64,000 nt of DNA, from assembly GCF_964355755.1 (NCBI RefSeq), contig NC_092672.1, forward strand, positions 8,804,001 to 8,868,000, read 5' to 3'. Positions within the stretch are counted from its first letter, which is position 1, and the number at the start of each line of letters is the position of its first letter. This DNA is from Antedon mediterranea (Eukaryota; Animalia; Echinodermata). Under the pieces are notes generated by a model. That model was not told the origin of the DNA and did no database searches. It saw nothing but the letters and a program-made list of their open reading frames with translations. Shown here piece after piece: positions 11,701 through 26,700 of this stretch. A program made the position numbers and the translations under genes.

Positions 11701-14700
11701 CCTATTTTGATCAGCACAGAGCATTGGGAGAGAACTCATTATATTACTGTATGTACTGTACAGTTTGTTACAACAGGAGCGTCTCATCCAAAGTCAACGT
11801 TTAAACTAAATTAAACATTGGATTATAGAGACTCGTGGACACTACACTATGTATTAATAACAAGAAGGTATCTTACCCATTACCTTCTTCTGACCGTCCA
11901 AGCTCAACGAGATAACGACCAAAACTCTAATTTGAAAAAGAGACCGATTAGCAAATTAAAAAAAGTTTTCAACTGTAACACATTAAATCTATAATTGTGG
12001 TCCGAGGGTACAATAATGTGTGTATTATCTCAAAATAGATGTTAGATGACTTTGTCAGACCCAAATTCAAACCCCATTTGCAATTCACATTTTTTAAATA
12101 CTTTGTTTCCAATTGGAATGCTCTTGAAAATCCAAAAAGAGTATAGCACACTTTTTTTAACCTTTAAAATAAAACTTAGAAATCAATTCAGAAACTCTAT
12201 GCCATGATGGTCACAAAGTCATGCTTGGTTCGTCGTCCATGTTTTACTTTTTTTCTTGTTATTTAATTTTTTTATCAACTGTAAAGGACCCAAATGGAAA
12301 TCCTTCTTGCAAAGAAGAATTAGGTCATTCCGAATCTATTTGTTGTATTGCTTTTCTCGTATTGTTCATAGATTCAAAATAAAAACAAACAAACATTGAT
12401 CCGCGTGACGATTTTAATTAAGTTTAGTTTTCGATTTGTACCGTATCGTGGGTGAGTGGCCGAGCGGTTAAGACAGTGGAACCGTAATCACGTAGCCATA
12501 ACATCGGCAGGGGTTCGAGGCTCACTCACTCCATGGTTCTGGTGGTAGAACGAGTCTTCTCGGATAAGGACTATAAACCGTAGGTCCAGTGTACACAACT
12601 TGCTCGTGTGCACTTTAAAGACCCTAGTACATATTATTTCGAGACGAGTAGGGGGTTACGCCGGTGTATTAGTACATCACAGCCACTGATCACCAACTGG
12701 GCCCTCTGGGAGATCAGTCTTTGACTGAAGAGGTCACCCAGTATAAAGATAAACCAACAAACAAATCGTTCGTACCTCTCCATTTTCAGGTGCATCACCG
12801 TTACCAAATGTGCTTGTTACAACGATTAATAAAGTTTCGTGTTCAAGATGTGCTACATCGTATTCCTCCATACACATGGCCTAACATTTTAAAAAAGAAA
12901 GCAAATTAAATCAACTTGTATCGTATAATCTGGTCTATAAGACACATATTATACATATTCGTCTCAGGGTTATGTACAGAGGAATCATAGGTGATTGCTG
13001 AAAAGCAATTACAGGAAGTAGAGAAATGAGAAAAAAAGACAGTGACAAAAAAGTCAAGTGACCAAAAAGACTTGTGGCCAAAAAGACAGGTGACCAAAAA
13101 AAGGTTGTCAAAAAGCGAGCACTGCTCATGCGGTCAACCTATCCTTATTTAAAAGTGGTCATTATCTTAGTATGATGTAGGCCTATTATTGTTATAGTAA
13201 TATTATGGTGATTAAACTTTGGATGAGGGCGCCAAATACTAAATAACTGAATAAAACAGAACGTGTACTTACTCGTGCGTCGAACGCATGATTGAAAATG
13301 TCTTTAAGGCTTTTAGCGTAGCTTTCTGATTTGCCTGTTTCAGTCGCAAAGAGTATAGTAGCTTTAAATCGTTTTGCCATTGCTTTCCCCATTAAGCTGG
13401 CAGAAAATTTGACAGCTCTGAAAAATAAAGAGATAACAGCAAAATAAAATTATTATATCCATGATGATACTTTCACATGTATTAGAAAACGAGATAGTTA
13501 AAACCGCGATGGCGCCCTCTGAAAATGGAATTTGAAAAAAATCTTTATAAAATATTTATCTCGAAATTATAGAGATTTATTTTAGTGACATCATACTGTT
13601 CACAAGAAAAAAAATAATTTGCCGGGTTTCAGCAGCCATAACAATATTCGGGTAAAAAGGATACAAATTATCGCATTTAATCCGATAATTATCAGAATTG
13701 AATGAGATAAGTATCGGTTAATTTTGTTCGAGTGGAATCGGTTAAACCCCGTTTCCACAGGAACTTTATCGGTTGATTCTTATCGGTTTATCTGTTTTAG
13801 ACACGGTGAACGCTTACCGAAGTTGTGTCTGTGTGTGATGCTACTACTGCTGACGAATCATGTAATCGAATTAAACACTTTTATGGTGACGTTTCCACTT
13901 AGCTTTCTGTATATTTAAGTACAAAATCACATGACGATAAATAAAATTATCATAATTGGCTTACTTGGCAACCTCTTTAAACGTTCTTTTCTTGCGTGGT
14001 TTTGTCTCCGCACTTTTGTTTTTCCAAACATGACTGACCCAAGCGGGTTCCTGAAACGAGAACAACGAGGAAGTTTGTTATCAACACACGCCATAATGTC
14101 ATGTTTTACAAATTATAATAGCATCGTAAAAAAGATTTGTCAAAATTGCAACGACATCATTCTCATAAAAGTGTTTGTTAATGGATAGTCGAATAATGAC
14201 AAAAGGTAGAAACGAAGGAATCTGCGGTGACGTCATCATTTATTGTGCTCTTGGTTTTCTGACTAAACAAAACTGCAAATTGAACAAAAAACATTTAATT
14301 TAAACACGTGTTTCCATAATCAATTGTAAAACTACCGCAAAGGTAATTATATTAATTATATTGCTCGTTACTGTAAGTGCATAGATAGGCCTACATAGTG
14401 CATTGTAACAGTTTCAGAGGAATTGGAAACCATTTTTACATTGTAGTCGAAACACATAGGCTGTACTCAACAATAAAGAAAAAGAAAATTAATTAGGGTT
14501 GTAATATAATGTATTGAGGTGGACATTTTTACTAATTAAGTAATAATTAATGTAGGCCCTAAGGCGCATATTATTTCAATTGTCAACAATATACATTAGC
14601 TAGATAAGTATCATAACACCGATGCATTTAGGTGTTTTCTATTCTGTTTCTAAAGTATTTACATCATTTCCAACATTTCCACGAAAATCTAATAAAAATT

Positions 14701-17700
14701 CTCAAATTTATTTAAAATGTTAATATCGTGGCTGCTATCATCTGTACATTGAGCAAGTAAATATTAATTCATTCATACTAATGTTATGTATACACTGAAA
14801 ATTGTAATTCCAAAATAAATAAGTTTAAAAATAATGTAGTTTTAAATAAGTCAGATGTTTTATTAAGCAATAAAAATGTCAAAAGATGAGCTAGCGTAGA
14901 ATTAATACATTAGACAGCAACGTAAATGTCAGAATAAATTGAGAAATGAGGTTACCTTAATTTGATCAGGTAAAATAAAACTGTTACCGTGTTTGAGATG
15001 AATTGATATATTTTCACTAATGAAAGACCATTTAATAATGTAGGCCTATTTGATAAAAAGCTAATGTGTTGATATTCGTTTGTTGACCTCTTTCGTCTTT
15101 TTTTTATATAAAAAAACCCATATCATCGCTGCCATGCAATAATGTACATGCGTTTAATTAAACAGATATCGAATTGAGAAACATTACCATATATACTTTA
15201 TGTATAACCCATGATGGGCGGGTATATATACAAATTTGAGTAGAAACTTAAAACTAGCGAATGTACCGAACCCCTCTCTACTAAAAAGGTATGTGATTTG
15301 TGTGATTTTAATCAATATTCAAATATCAATCCACCATTGATAAAAAGAAGAGAAACAAATCCAGTGTCATAAACTAAACAAAGTATTCACAAGAAATGTG
15401 CTCTACTGTTAGGCCGAACAGATCAGATCAATTTTTTACGAACAAAACCTTCGAGAAATGTATTATGTTAAGAAATACGCATAGCAGTGTGTTAAAAATA
15501 GAGGTGTGCAAATATCGCGAGCTATAACATAATGTGAAGAAAAATCTGGATGTGTAATATGTGCTACCTACCATAATAGCCTGATCGTTATACATAGTAT
15601 TACAGTTATCTAAATGTACAAATAATGATATAGGAATACTGAATACTAGGAATGAAGTCTGTTCGATTCTATTCTATTATCAGAGTGCCTCTTTTCAGAA
15701 ATCGTAGATCCAGTAAAAGTAAAAGAATTTTAATACTATCTATGAATCTAAATCATGTTGTATTAGAAGAAAAATAATTGAATTTAATTCTAGGCCTAAG
15801 GTCATGTAGTCCTGTAATTGTTTACTTTTAAAGTAACTAGTAACTCTTGTAAATTTTGTTGGTAATATGAAATCTAATATTAAAATGAAACACAAGTGTG
15901 CGTTTGTTAGGCCTTACTTAAATTGGTGATTAAAAATAAAAATCAATCTGCTTAAAGAGCTAACAACAATATAATGTATTTTTAATAGTTTTAAATAGCT
16001 AGTTGCTGTTTTTAAAAATCAGGTAATTTTAAATCAAGTTTTGTTCTAATAATCAAACACGGCATTAAACTATAAATTGAAAGAATAATGAGCCCCCGGA
16101 GCTTCACTTAATATGTTGCAATTATACCGTAACGTAAATAGAACAGAAATGCAATAAAAATAACACAACCCAACAATTGTACGAGAGAGAGATATATAAA
16201 TTACTGTAGTAACCTAACGTCTTATTGTGAAAGTGTTAAGATGGAGCTTAATCCTGAAATATAGCTAACTGTATCAAAAGCTTGGTTCCCACTAGAACGT
16301 AACACAAGGACGTAAACGCAACGCAAGCGTTTTAACCAAACAGTTAGCAATCACAAGCGAATAAGCCATCGCTTGTGATTGGTCAATTCACTTGCGTTGC
16401 GTTACGTCCTTGTGTTGCGTCGCTAGTGGCAACCACGCTTAACTCTTCACAAACCATGTATATATCGTAATACAGCAGCACGTGTGTTTCTGATGTATCA
16501 CCCGTATCATAGACCATAATCTAAGCCATAACCTAATCTTCACACGATACATGTACCATGTGATACACATGCTATGCTGTGTTGTTGCGGAATTCGCTAT
16601 GATACTGGATAAATGTCATATTACGTGGAAATAAAGCAATCCAAAGTCTGTAAATTACAAACACGAAGAAGCAACTATGTATGTATGTAAAGCACGGCAA
16701 ATCGAGTGAAATGATAATAATAATAATTTGATAAACATTCTATATACGACACCATTTCAAACAGTGCATGCTACTAAACTACAGTGGAACATAAACTAAT
16801 TCGATACGCAATTAATTATATAGTTTTCAGTTGAGTAACGAGAACGAATACAGCGTGGAAGTAATGCATTTCAATAACAGAGTGATTTTTTTACAACACA
16901 TGCTAATACATTACGATCAGACGCAAACGATTTAGTCTAGAACAGAAGATGAACGAGGAATGTCAATAAAGAAATGAATGATAAAATTTAGCTAAAATAA
17001 CTACAAGCTCGTATTCTCTATAGATAAGTCGAAGAGTCACGTCGCACTACTCTGTGTCATATACTGTAACCGGTAAAACCATTTTAATGAACGGAAAACA
17101 TTTAACTTTATCATTTTCCTACTTAGTGCTTGACAAAAAACTTGACATTATTCATTTGCTATAATAATTTACTATATGGGAAAAACACATTATGATTCCG
17201 GATGAATCTAGAGTAAAGGCTGCAATAGAAGATTTGATTAACCAAACCCATATATAAATAAAAAGACTTGGTTCTTGCAGCACTCGTCATAGTTGCGTGA
17301 AAGTAGATTTTCTATTTCTTTATCATTATTATTCTTTAAGAAACTGGTCTAAAAATCGGAGTGTCTTTCGTAATTAAAACATAGAACAATGAATGCATAA
17401 GCTACAAGAAGCTACCATATCAAACTAGTTTGACAACAAAATGTGTGCCCAAATTTGGTAGTTATATACCCAAATATGGTAGTGATATGACATCATCATG
17501 TCCATAATATGGGCACATAAGATTTTTTTCACATAATAGTTTGATAGTATAGAGTTTAACACAGTACGCGACAAATTATTATTTCCATTAATAATAAGCA
17601 CAGCAAATATAATGTGTGATGTGTGTTTCACCATTTTGATAAAAGATACAACCAAATACAACAGTATGTCTGATACCGACAACTGTGTATCTTAATTAAA

Positions 17701-20700
17701 TTCAATGAAACATTCCTTTCTACAAAATAAAACAAACCCAAAAGAAGCAAAATAGTAGACAAAGAGAAAAAGAGGACAACAAATTCCTACCTGGTATTCA
17801 TAAGATGGTTTCAGAATGTAGCTGAGCATTTCCTGGTGAAACACTGGTGTGATGCTTCCTGACATTGGCGGTACAACCCATACCCAGTCTGCCGGACATC
17901 CTCCTCGCAGACGTTGCTCATTGTCAAGGTGTTTCATAAATGACTCGGACGCCGTGTGGTGGTCAGTTATTGTAACATTCTTTTTCTGAAATAAAAAGAA
18001 TTCTTTGACACTAGCATACTTTATAATTATAAGATAAGATAATAAAGATAAGATAAATCTTGCCATAACCACAGCAAGGCGAAGATGAAATTTGTTTTCC
18101 CTTGAAGCTTAAATACGAACACTATACTTTTATGATTGAGATTACTATCATTGTCTGATCATACAATTTGCTGAAAATAGTCAAAATCCTATTTTAATCA
18201 TTTATACGTGGAATTATATAATTTCCATTGTTCTGTCACGGAAGAATAATAGTCCACGTAAAATATGTATTGGAACAAATAATGATATACTTGATTTGAT
18301 TATTACATTTTGATTTGAACAGCCATGGATAACCTATCCCAAGTCATTATCATCGTTGTATTTAATAATTACTCTATTTAAGAAATAGTCATTCTTAATT
18401 ATTATCAACGTAGGCCTAATTTTGATTTATTGTCATCTGCATCGTCATCATTATCATCGTAATCATCAATGACGTTATGATCTTAATCTTCGTCTTATTT
18501 ATAATCCGAATCATGTGCTAATGACCTTGCAAGAAAGTTCTCTTTGCTTTATTGCATTACTATTTTTAATACTACTTTCTGTATTTGAATTATGTAACCC
18601 AACGCTAAAATGATTGAACTCTGGGCAACCACCTCTTTCGATTAGGTTAACCGATATTCAGTTAATATTAAAGGTAAATGGACAAAACGTGTGGGTAATT
18701 TAATACGGTATCAATGTTTAGTATGTATATTATTTTCAAGGCATTGCTTTGATTCAATTAAAATGTGATTTGAACGACGCGTATCATTATTACACAAATA
18801 ATAAATGCTTTTATTGATGTTTTGATTCTTTTAATTATCGATATTTAAGCAGTGCTTTTGAATGAAAGTAATAAAGCTGACTTTACAATATGTATTATTG
18901 GTTGCCTTGGGGTTACCGTATTTAAGTTTCATCTTTCTGTGTGATTATTAATCTATTTTCAATGATAAGGCAATCATATGGACAAAATACAATACAATAG
19001 GCTGTGGAAGAAACATAAAATATAGATAGTTATAGCAGAGGTTCGTGTCCTATACATTGCCTATTTTGCGCTATTAATACCAGGCGATTCTCGTACGGTG
19101 TCATGCCTAGAATAGTACAGCAGAGGTGTTTCTACAACAGGCCTACACGTCCAGTTATAACACATTAATGTCCAACAGTATTAACTTAAACTGGGAACTC
19201 TCTAAATAATCTGTCTAGTTACCGTTTTTAAACAAAGTACATCGACGTGGTTTGATTTAAAAGCGTTGACATAACGTATTAGAGAAAGTAGCAATGTATA
19301 GTGTCAGAAGACATCATACCCACGTGGGATAAAGGTTGTAGTCCCCAGCAAAGAAACTAAAGGTGCTGTTTATTGTCTGTAGACTCAATACCGTATAATA
19401 TGGTGATTATGTAACGGGGATGATCAAACCATTAAAATTGATTGTATATCATCGATGAACAAACAGCATAGGTTAGCGAAACCGGATCTAAAATAATAAG
19501 GATGAGGAATACAATATTTAAGTGATAAAGGTGTTTCATTAAATGATCTATGTAAACGATAGTGTATTCTATAATTCTAAGTATCAAGTGAACTTAGCTT
19601 CTATGAATTTTTTAGCGAACCTCAACTTGTTATTACGTCAACGTTTTTAAAACTGTATGGTTTCTTAAATTTAATTGGTAAATCTTTGTTTTTATATTTA
19701 ATATTAACATACGGTGCTAGATCTTTTTACTTGTTTACTTGTGATTAAGGGGTAATCAACCTTGCTTAGAAAAAGCATTCAAGTTAATGATTTAAACTAG
19801 TTTTCAAATGTGTATATATATTATATGTAATGTTTTATTGTATCGAATAATAGTTATTTCATCACAGAATTGGGTAGTTTAGCATTTATGTTGAATGTCC
19901 AATACAATATTCATTATGGTAAATGCTCAAAGACAGAATTAAATGCCACGTGTTATTTTACACTGAATGTGATGCTATGTTGTTTTAGCTCATGTATGTG
20001 AAGATAATGACATTAAATGTGTCAGACCGTAAACATGTCCATCAAGACTGTTAGGCTTACCTGGCACAATGCCAGGAATTGCCTGCGTTGTTTGCTTTAT
20101 TTGTTTGCATTTTCCTTCTGATGTTGTTACTATAATACCAACAAACTATTGGTGTCAAAGGAAATGTATATATTGATGACGTCACAAAATGTTATTGAAA
20201 TCTGTTGTTTCAATATGGGTCGTCAATTGTCTCTACAATTTAAGTATTCCAGTCATTTTTAATTAGGGTTTGTTTGTTCTGAATTTCGTTTAAACTTTGT
20301 TGATTCGAATAGTTCTATAAAAATATAATCTATTCCTGTAATGTGTAAATACAACACACATGTTAATTAGACATGTAAATGGTGAGAAGACCATGGACTG
20401 TGGAGCAGCAATATAGACTTATTCCCTTGAGAAGAAAATGTGTATAATGTTAATTATACTTATAACAATAGACGTTTTTTTAGAAGGCTAGCTAAAATAC
20501 ACTATTATTCCTATGAGGCGAATAATCATTATAATCTTTTCCCGACGTGAGATAGCTCTAACTTGTTCAGTGTGTTGATGAGACATGTTTTCATTGGACA
20601 ATGCTCTTATTCACATTATATCATTTTGCTATGTTTTATTAAGAAATAATTCACCTAATTTCATCGTATCTAAGGAATTAGAGAGCTATTTTGAATATGC

Positions 20701-23700
20701 TTTCTTTTGATATATTGTAAACTTATTGTGTTACAATGCTCGCATTTCATAGCAAATAAAATCTTAAACTATTTGATGTACGACAATAATAAATAGTGGC
20801 AACTAAAAGATCCCTAAAACCCGAGGCTTTATAAATATATTTAAGATGATTTTAAAAGTGTTGTCAAATTGGTAGGCTAAATTGTTGTATTTTAAGATGA
20901 TCATTTTAAAACTTTTGTCTAATTAGTAGGCTAAAGTTGTCTGTTTTATTGTATATATGTTTGATTATCTATGATCATTTATATATAATATTATTTTTTT
21001 GCGATTATAACCGAGTGTTTAATGAATAGGTCTTTGCTGACTGTATTTGAAACTAAATCGTTCAAAAATGGTTGATTCCATTAATTATTAAAAAGAAAAG
21101 TTTTACTTTTAGTTTTATTATCATGTGCATAAATCCTGCATGGGATCTTCATTTTGTAGATGTCAAAATAACTTCGCTTTTCAGATTTATTCCACATAGC
21201 TAATATATTCATTGGTAACACATTTGCTTAATGTGTTATCAGAACATTTACATTATGGTTTGATGTTACAGTTATCGTAACTAGACCAAATGTCATGGAC
21301 TGTGGATAAGTCGTTAAGATGGGTTTTTGTTTTAGAATTGTCACCAGCATCTCACCTGAAAGCTGTAAAGCACAGCATAGTTTACTTCTACAAGGACACG
21401 ATCTTTCCAGAGTGATGCATTCGCATTTGTATCCAATCCCATCTTCTTTCCAATGGTCTGTAATGATATATTATAAATATTATCGGATTTAAACAAGTAA
21501 TCAAACAGTGGCTGATGTTACTCCCTCCAAAATTAGGACAGGTATTTCCAAATCGTGAATTATTAGATAATCCTAAACTAGATTAAGAGATTGACTTTTA
21601 CTCTATGACCTTGTAACGTCATGTGATGACACTAACACATTCAACATCGTTTAGTCGGAATAATTTTACCGATCTGAGAGTATGTTCAGGAATGTCCTAA
21701 AGGTTTTCAATATTGTTCCAACTTTTTCTATCTTACTTTTAAAATAAAATTTAGCTCCCAAGAGGATATATGTATATATATTAATAGTTTTGTTTAATCC
21801 ATCCATCGTGTTTAGAGCCTTTGACAAACACATTCTTTCAGAGCCATGGACAAGAATCAATAGCTAATCCAAGTAATTCATTGAAGAAAATGTCGAAGGT
21901 AATCCACTGATATTGATTTATAGTACGTTTTTTATAATACTCAAAATTCTCAAGTTTTAAAATTGGGTATATTTGCTAAACTTCATTATTTTAAAAATCT
22001 ATTAATTAAATTCATTACACTCATTAATTTTTTAAAGTTCTTTCTAAACGTACTGTACTGCAGTAACAGTTATTTTACTGCGGTAGCATACGTTATTATT
22101 ACTAACCTCCATCATGTTTAATCTGTAACTGTCGCAGAAGTCACGCGATGCAATTTCTGTTCCCATGTACCATCCGTTGAAAGGACATCCAGTAAATTCC
22201 AGTCCACCGAGATCCAACATTAGGCTAGACACAGCCGGCAAGACATACCAACGAAGACCTAACTCAGCAAACCAGGGATATCTATAAATAAATTTATGAA
22301 ATTGTTACTTATTATTACCCATCAGCAGTATTAAATGTGCAAAACAGGATGTTAGTTGAGATAAAATGCTTAGTGGTTGGGGAAAAAAGTGCATAAATAG
22401 GAATGTTAATCAGGACTTTTCCACATTACAACGAAATCCGAATTTTGAATAATCTCGATTTTTTTTCCCAAGATTGAACAAAAAGTTACTGTAAGTAAAT
22501 CAGGTGTCACAAAAATATTGCATTTAATATTACACACAATAATAAAACTGTAAAATTATGATTTTTTTGGCAGAAATGTTACATGAACGGTCACTTTGAT
22601 TTTTCCAACACAAAATATCAACAGTGCAATTTTAAGCTAAAAACGTTTATGCACAGACTATAACGGTAAAATACAAAGTGGAACATTCAGAAACAGTTAG
22701 AAACAGCTTATCGCTAGAAAATTTGTTTCTGATAACAATAGGCTATCGTATCCGTACTTTTTTAAACAATTTTGTAAGAAGGGAAAAGCGAAATAAGAAA
22801 TGCTGAAAAAGAGATGCAATGTTATGACGGTATTTGTATAAATAAATTCATAAATATCCTCAAACATAGTATAATCTTAATGCTGAAGATTCATTAGCAG
22901 TCCGATAAGTTACAATAATAATGGTAATACGTTATGTGTATTTCCTAACAAATATTGTCACAGATTTGCTATTTGTTCGGTCAAGTTTTGCACGTCATAG
23001 AAAATGATAGATGTCGTTAGTAAAAGCACAGAGGACATTGCTTATGCTGGAAATTACAAACAGGTTTCTACTTTACGTCAATTGTGCTTACCATTTAACA
23101 CATTTTGTATCTGTATTATTTACCACAAGGAAAACTACGAACTATTAAATTCGTTTTACAAGGAAGGCTTTACAGATGTCTATTTTTAAATTAGAACAAT
23201 GATGATAACTTCCTTTAAATATTTTGAATAGATTAGTAGTTGGTATGTGTTTCTTTATACAAAAACACTATGGTTTTCCACTTTGAAAAAAGCAATTCAG
23301 ACTATTAATAACATTATTATTCAAAATAAATTTATGAGGTTTACTGTGTAGGTTTTAGGGGTGATTCGACTTAATATTGGTAAAAAGATAAATATTTTGT
23401 CAAACATGGCGTTTCATACATATAATACTTCCAGCTGAGACAAAAATCGAAACACCCTCGACTGGTGGAATAAGCAACAAAAGACAATAACCGTACAGCA
23501 TAATAGGCCCAGAGGTTCTCATAAACAGTGGAATAACTTTGGCACAATTAGCCAAACTTAATAACGACATCTGATGAATATGCGTAGCAGCAACGTATCA
23601 TATTCATTTCCTGAAAATGTCAGTTGATAGTGAAATTGCAATAATTTTTTAGTAAGTCTAGGTGACGATAGATACTTCTATACAATCTACCTTTAAGTGC

Positions 23701-26700
23701 ATTTTAGAAGAATCATATTATCTTATGATACCATGTCTATAAAGTTGTCTGCTCTACTAATTGGTAAATAAGTATGATATATTTCACTTCAAATGAACTG
23801 TTACAAACAAGTGTAATCGTTTGGAAATTTAATCACTAAATTTCAAATTTACCAGAGTGCGGTGTTGGTCGGCAGAGAGTACCTAGGAAGATATTTATAT
23901 TATTTTATAAACATGTCTGCTCTCTTAATGGGTAAATAAGTATGATCAACCAGAATAGTAATTAACTGTTACGAACAAGTGTGATTATCTGGAAACTTAA
24001 TCTTTCTTTCAACATTTCCAGTGCGCATTGTTATCTATTGGTCAACTTGCCTACGAGTAATTATAGGCTTTATGAGATTGCCATACTTATTTTCAAATTA
24101 AATTGGTAATTTGAAATCTAAAATGGGAACATAAAGAATCGTGTTCTACTGGTTCTGTCATAGGTGCTGATTTCAACTTAATTCTTATTTTCTGAAATGT
24201 GAACTTTTGATATATTAAGAACAAATTCGTAGGCGATAGGGTACCGTACACCTACTTGTGTATTTGTATGTAATGTTTCACACCTCGATATCATACATTA
24301 TCTATCTGTCTAGCCAAGAAACTTTAACTTTCATGGTGTTTTTCCAATAAATTGGTTCCAATGATCATGGATTAATTACAAAATCTGGTTTGGATTCTTA
24401 TTTCTTCTTCTGCTGAGCATGAGAAACATTTTGAAATTAAATAAAGATGCAAAGATGAAAAAGTTTTTCTGCTGAAATTACAAAAACAAATATCAAAGCT
24501 GACAGCTCTTTGTTTTAAACTTTTCATAAATGGATTATTTCTGGATACTGTTACGATGCACGTCTAAATGATTTTATATTTTATGTAAAGTCGTAAATTT
24601 AAAACACAGCCACGATTCTAATAATTACGTAAATTTCGATGTACTAGGAAAATTAAGTTTGTATAAACATTAACATTTTTTTGACAAATTAGCATAATAA
24701 TAAATACTTTAAAAACACATGACCACACATGTGGCAAAAAGAGACAATTTTAAACCAATCGGGTATAATTTACCAACACCGATCAGAGCAATCCAGACGC
24801 CGGTTAGTGACATTACCACAGTAAGTACTGACGCCTGTCTTACAGTGAACACGATTTAGAACACTGATGTATGAAGTTATTATAAAACTATTCACATTAT
24901 TCGTATTTAAGATTACGTTTGTCGACTCAACATAGAATATGGAAGTGCGTGTATTACTTTAAATTATATCAAACTTTGATGAATAGAATACTTCTTCCAC
25001 TAGTTATATAACAATTTACTGAAATGTAATAATTATTGATCATGCATTTAACAGAACGTGTGTGTAATTGTTTGTTAATTTTTTTCTGTGAGTTGTAGAC
25101 ATTAACTATTTTTTCAGTTCAGAATCGTTACATCATGTCGTAGCACTATGTCGCAGTGCGAACGAAGTCTTATGGTATAGTAAACGATCAATATGTTCAA
25201 AGGATGAATTCTGTCCGATTTTAATTTTCAAAGAAAAAAAATAATGGAGAATTTATTTCAAAGTAAAATTGACTTTATCACCTGATGAAAGCCTACAATC
25301 GAATATTACCCTCCTTATAAGATGGTTGATTCATGATATGTATGGACCTATAATTTATATTATAATGATATCTGTAAGTACTACTGATTTGTAAAACCCT
25401 AATCACAGTTGACCTTTGACATTTGAGCTTCCTTTTTCCTTTCCTTTACGTACTGTTCCCTGTCGTTAAATAAAACATGTTGTTACGTGGTATAATAAAC
25501 TTAAAAGCTTATTTGTTTTGTTATGAAACTTCAATACTCAATTTTTTTTCAAAAATCAAAATGTATCGAATGCACAGAATAGACCACATCTGGGAAGTCA
25601 TCTGAAGGTGGTTTGTCATAGTGTTAAAACAACACCTCGTTCATTTGACAGGATATTGTACCTTTGAAAGGGTTGTCTTAAAGGAGGGATGCTATTGCAA
25701 ATATAAATTATATTCGCTACTTAATCTAATCAAGGCAATCTAACAAGAGGATGCTGAAGTCCGGAGATCGAAGGGTTTATCTATGGATGCGACACGATCA
25801 GTTCCACACCCTTTAACAGACACCGCGGGCCGCGAAGAATATGTAAAATAACACAGTACTGTATTTTTAGCAGCCATACAAGATCAAAGGATATTTAAGA
25901 GTTCCTATCTTGACAGACGAGCTCAGTGTCCTGTTGTTAGATTGCCTTGATATAATAATAAAAGATAAATGTTTCCTTACTTTGGATGTGTAATCTCCAC
26001 CTCCATGATTAACTCTGGTGGTATATCGAAGAGTTCTGGGTCCTCACCACTGGCAGACAGTACTAATGGTAGGATATCCCATCGTCCATATCCGGCCTTC
26101 CATCCAAACTTAATGCAAAGCTGAAATCAAGAACCAGCAGACGATAAATAAATGCGCCATGCTTTGATATGGATACATATCCTAAATATCATGTCAAAGG
26201 TCAGAGTTAAAATGTAAAAGGTCAAAGGTAATGGTATTTAATGTATACAGCTTAAGATGTGCAGTTGAAGGGGTTCGAGCTAGGCCCATGTCCAGAAGCC
26301 CAGTTTTCAGACAACTCGTTCCTAAGGAACAAGATATTCTTCTGACTTATGTTACCGTTTGTGTGACGTTATTGCGGAATATTAGGCCTGCAGGTTCCTA
26401 TCCTTAGAATTCACATGAATCTACACCCCACCATCTCACCTATTCATTCTTAACAATTCTGATAATGGAATATAAGGCTGTATTGCAAAACGAAATAATT
26501 AAAAAGGTTAGTTATAACGTATTCAGTATTGATAATTTAAATATATTTGTAATGAAAAGCTTTGACTAATCACTAATATCTTCATTAAACATAAAAGTAA
26601 GACAAGCTTAAGTATAAGGTATAACAATAATTATGATTACAGAAATTAAAGTATTCATATAACTTAATGATTGAGTGAGTAACCTTTAAAAACATTAATA

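Noticed and set aside
11884-11926. Alternative donor AG|GTAATG in exon M
   Set aside because: It gives a 43-nt phase-1 exon out of frame with exons N and O. The 50-nt version has a better donor and keeps frame.
12451-12534. Possible tRNA gene (A/B boxes, CCA-like end)
   Set aside because: No clean cloverleaf, and it continues directly into a repeated SINE body and tail.
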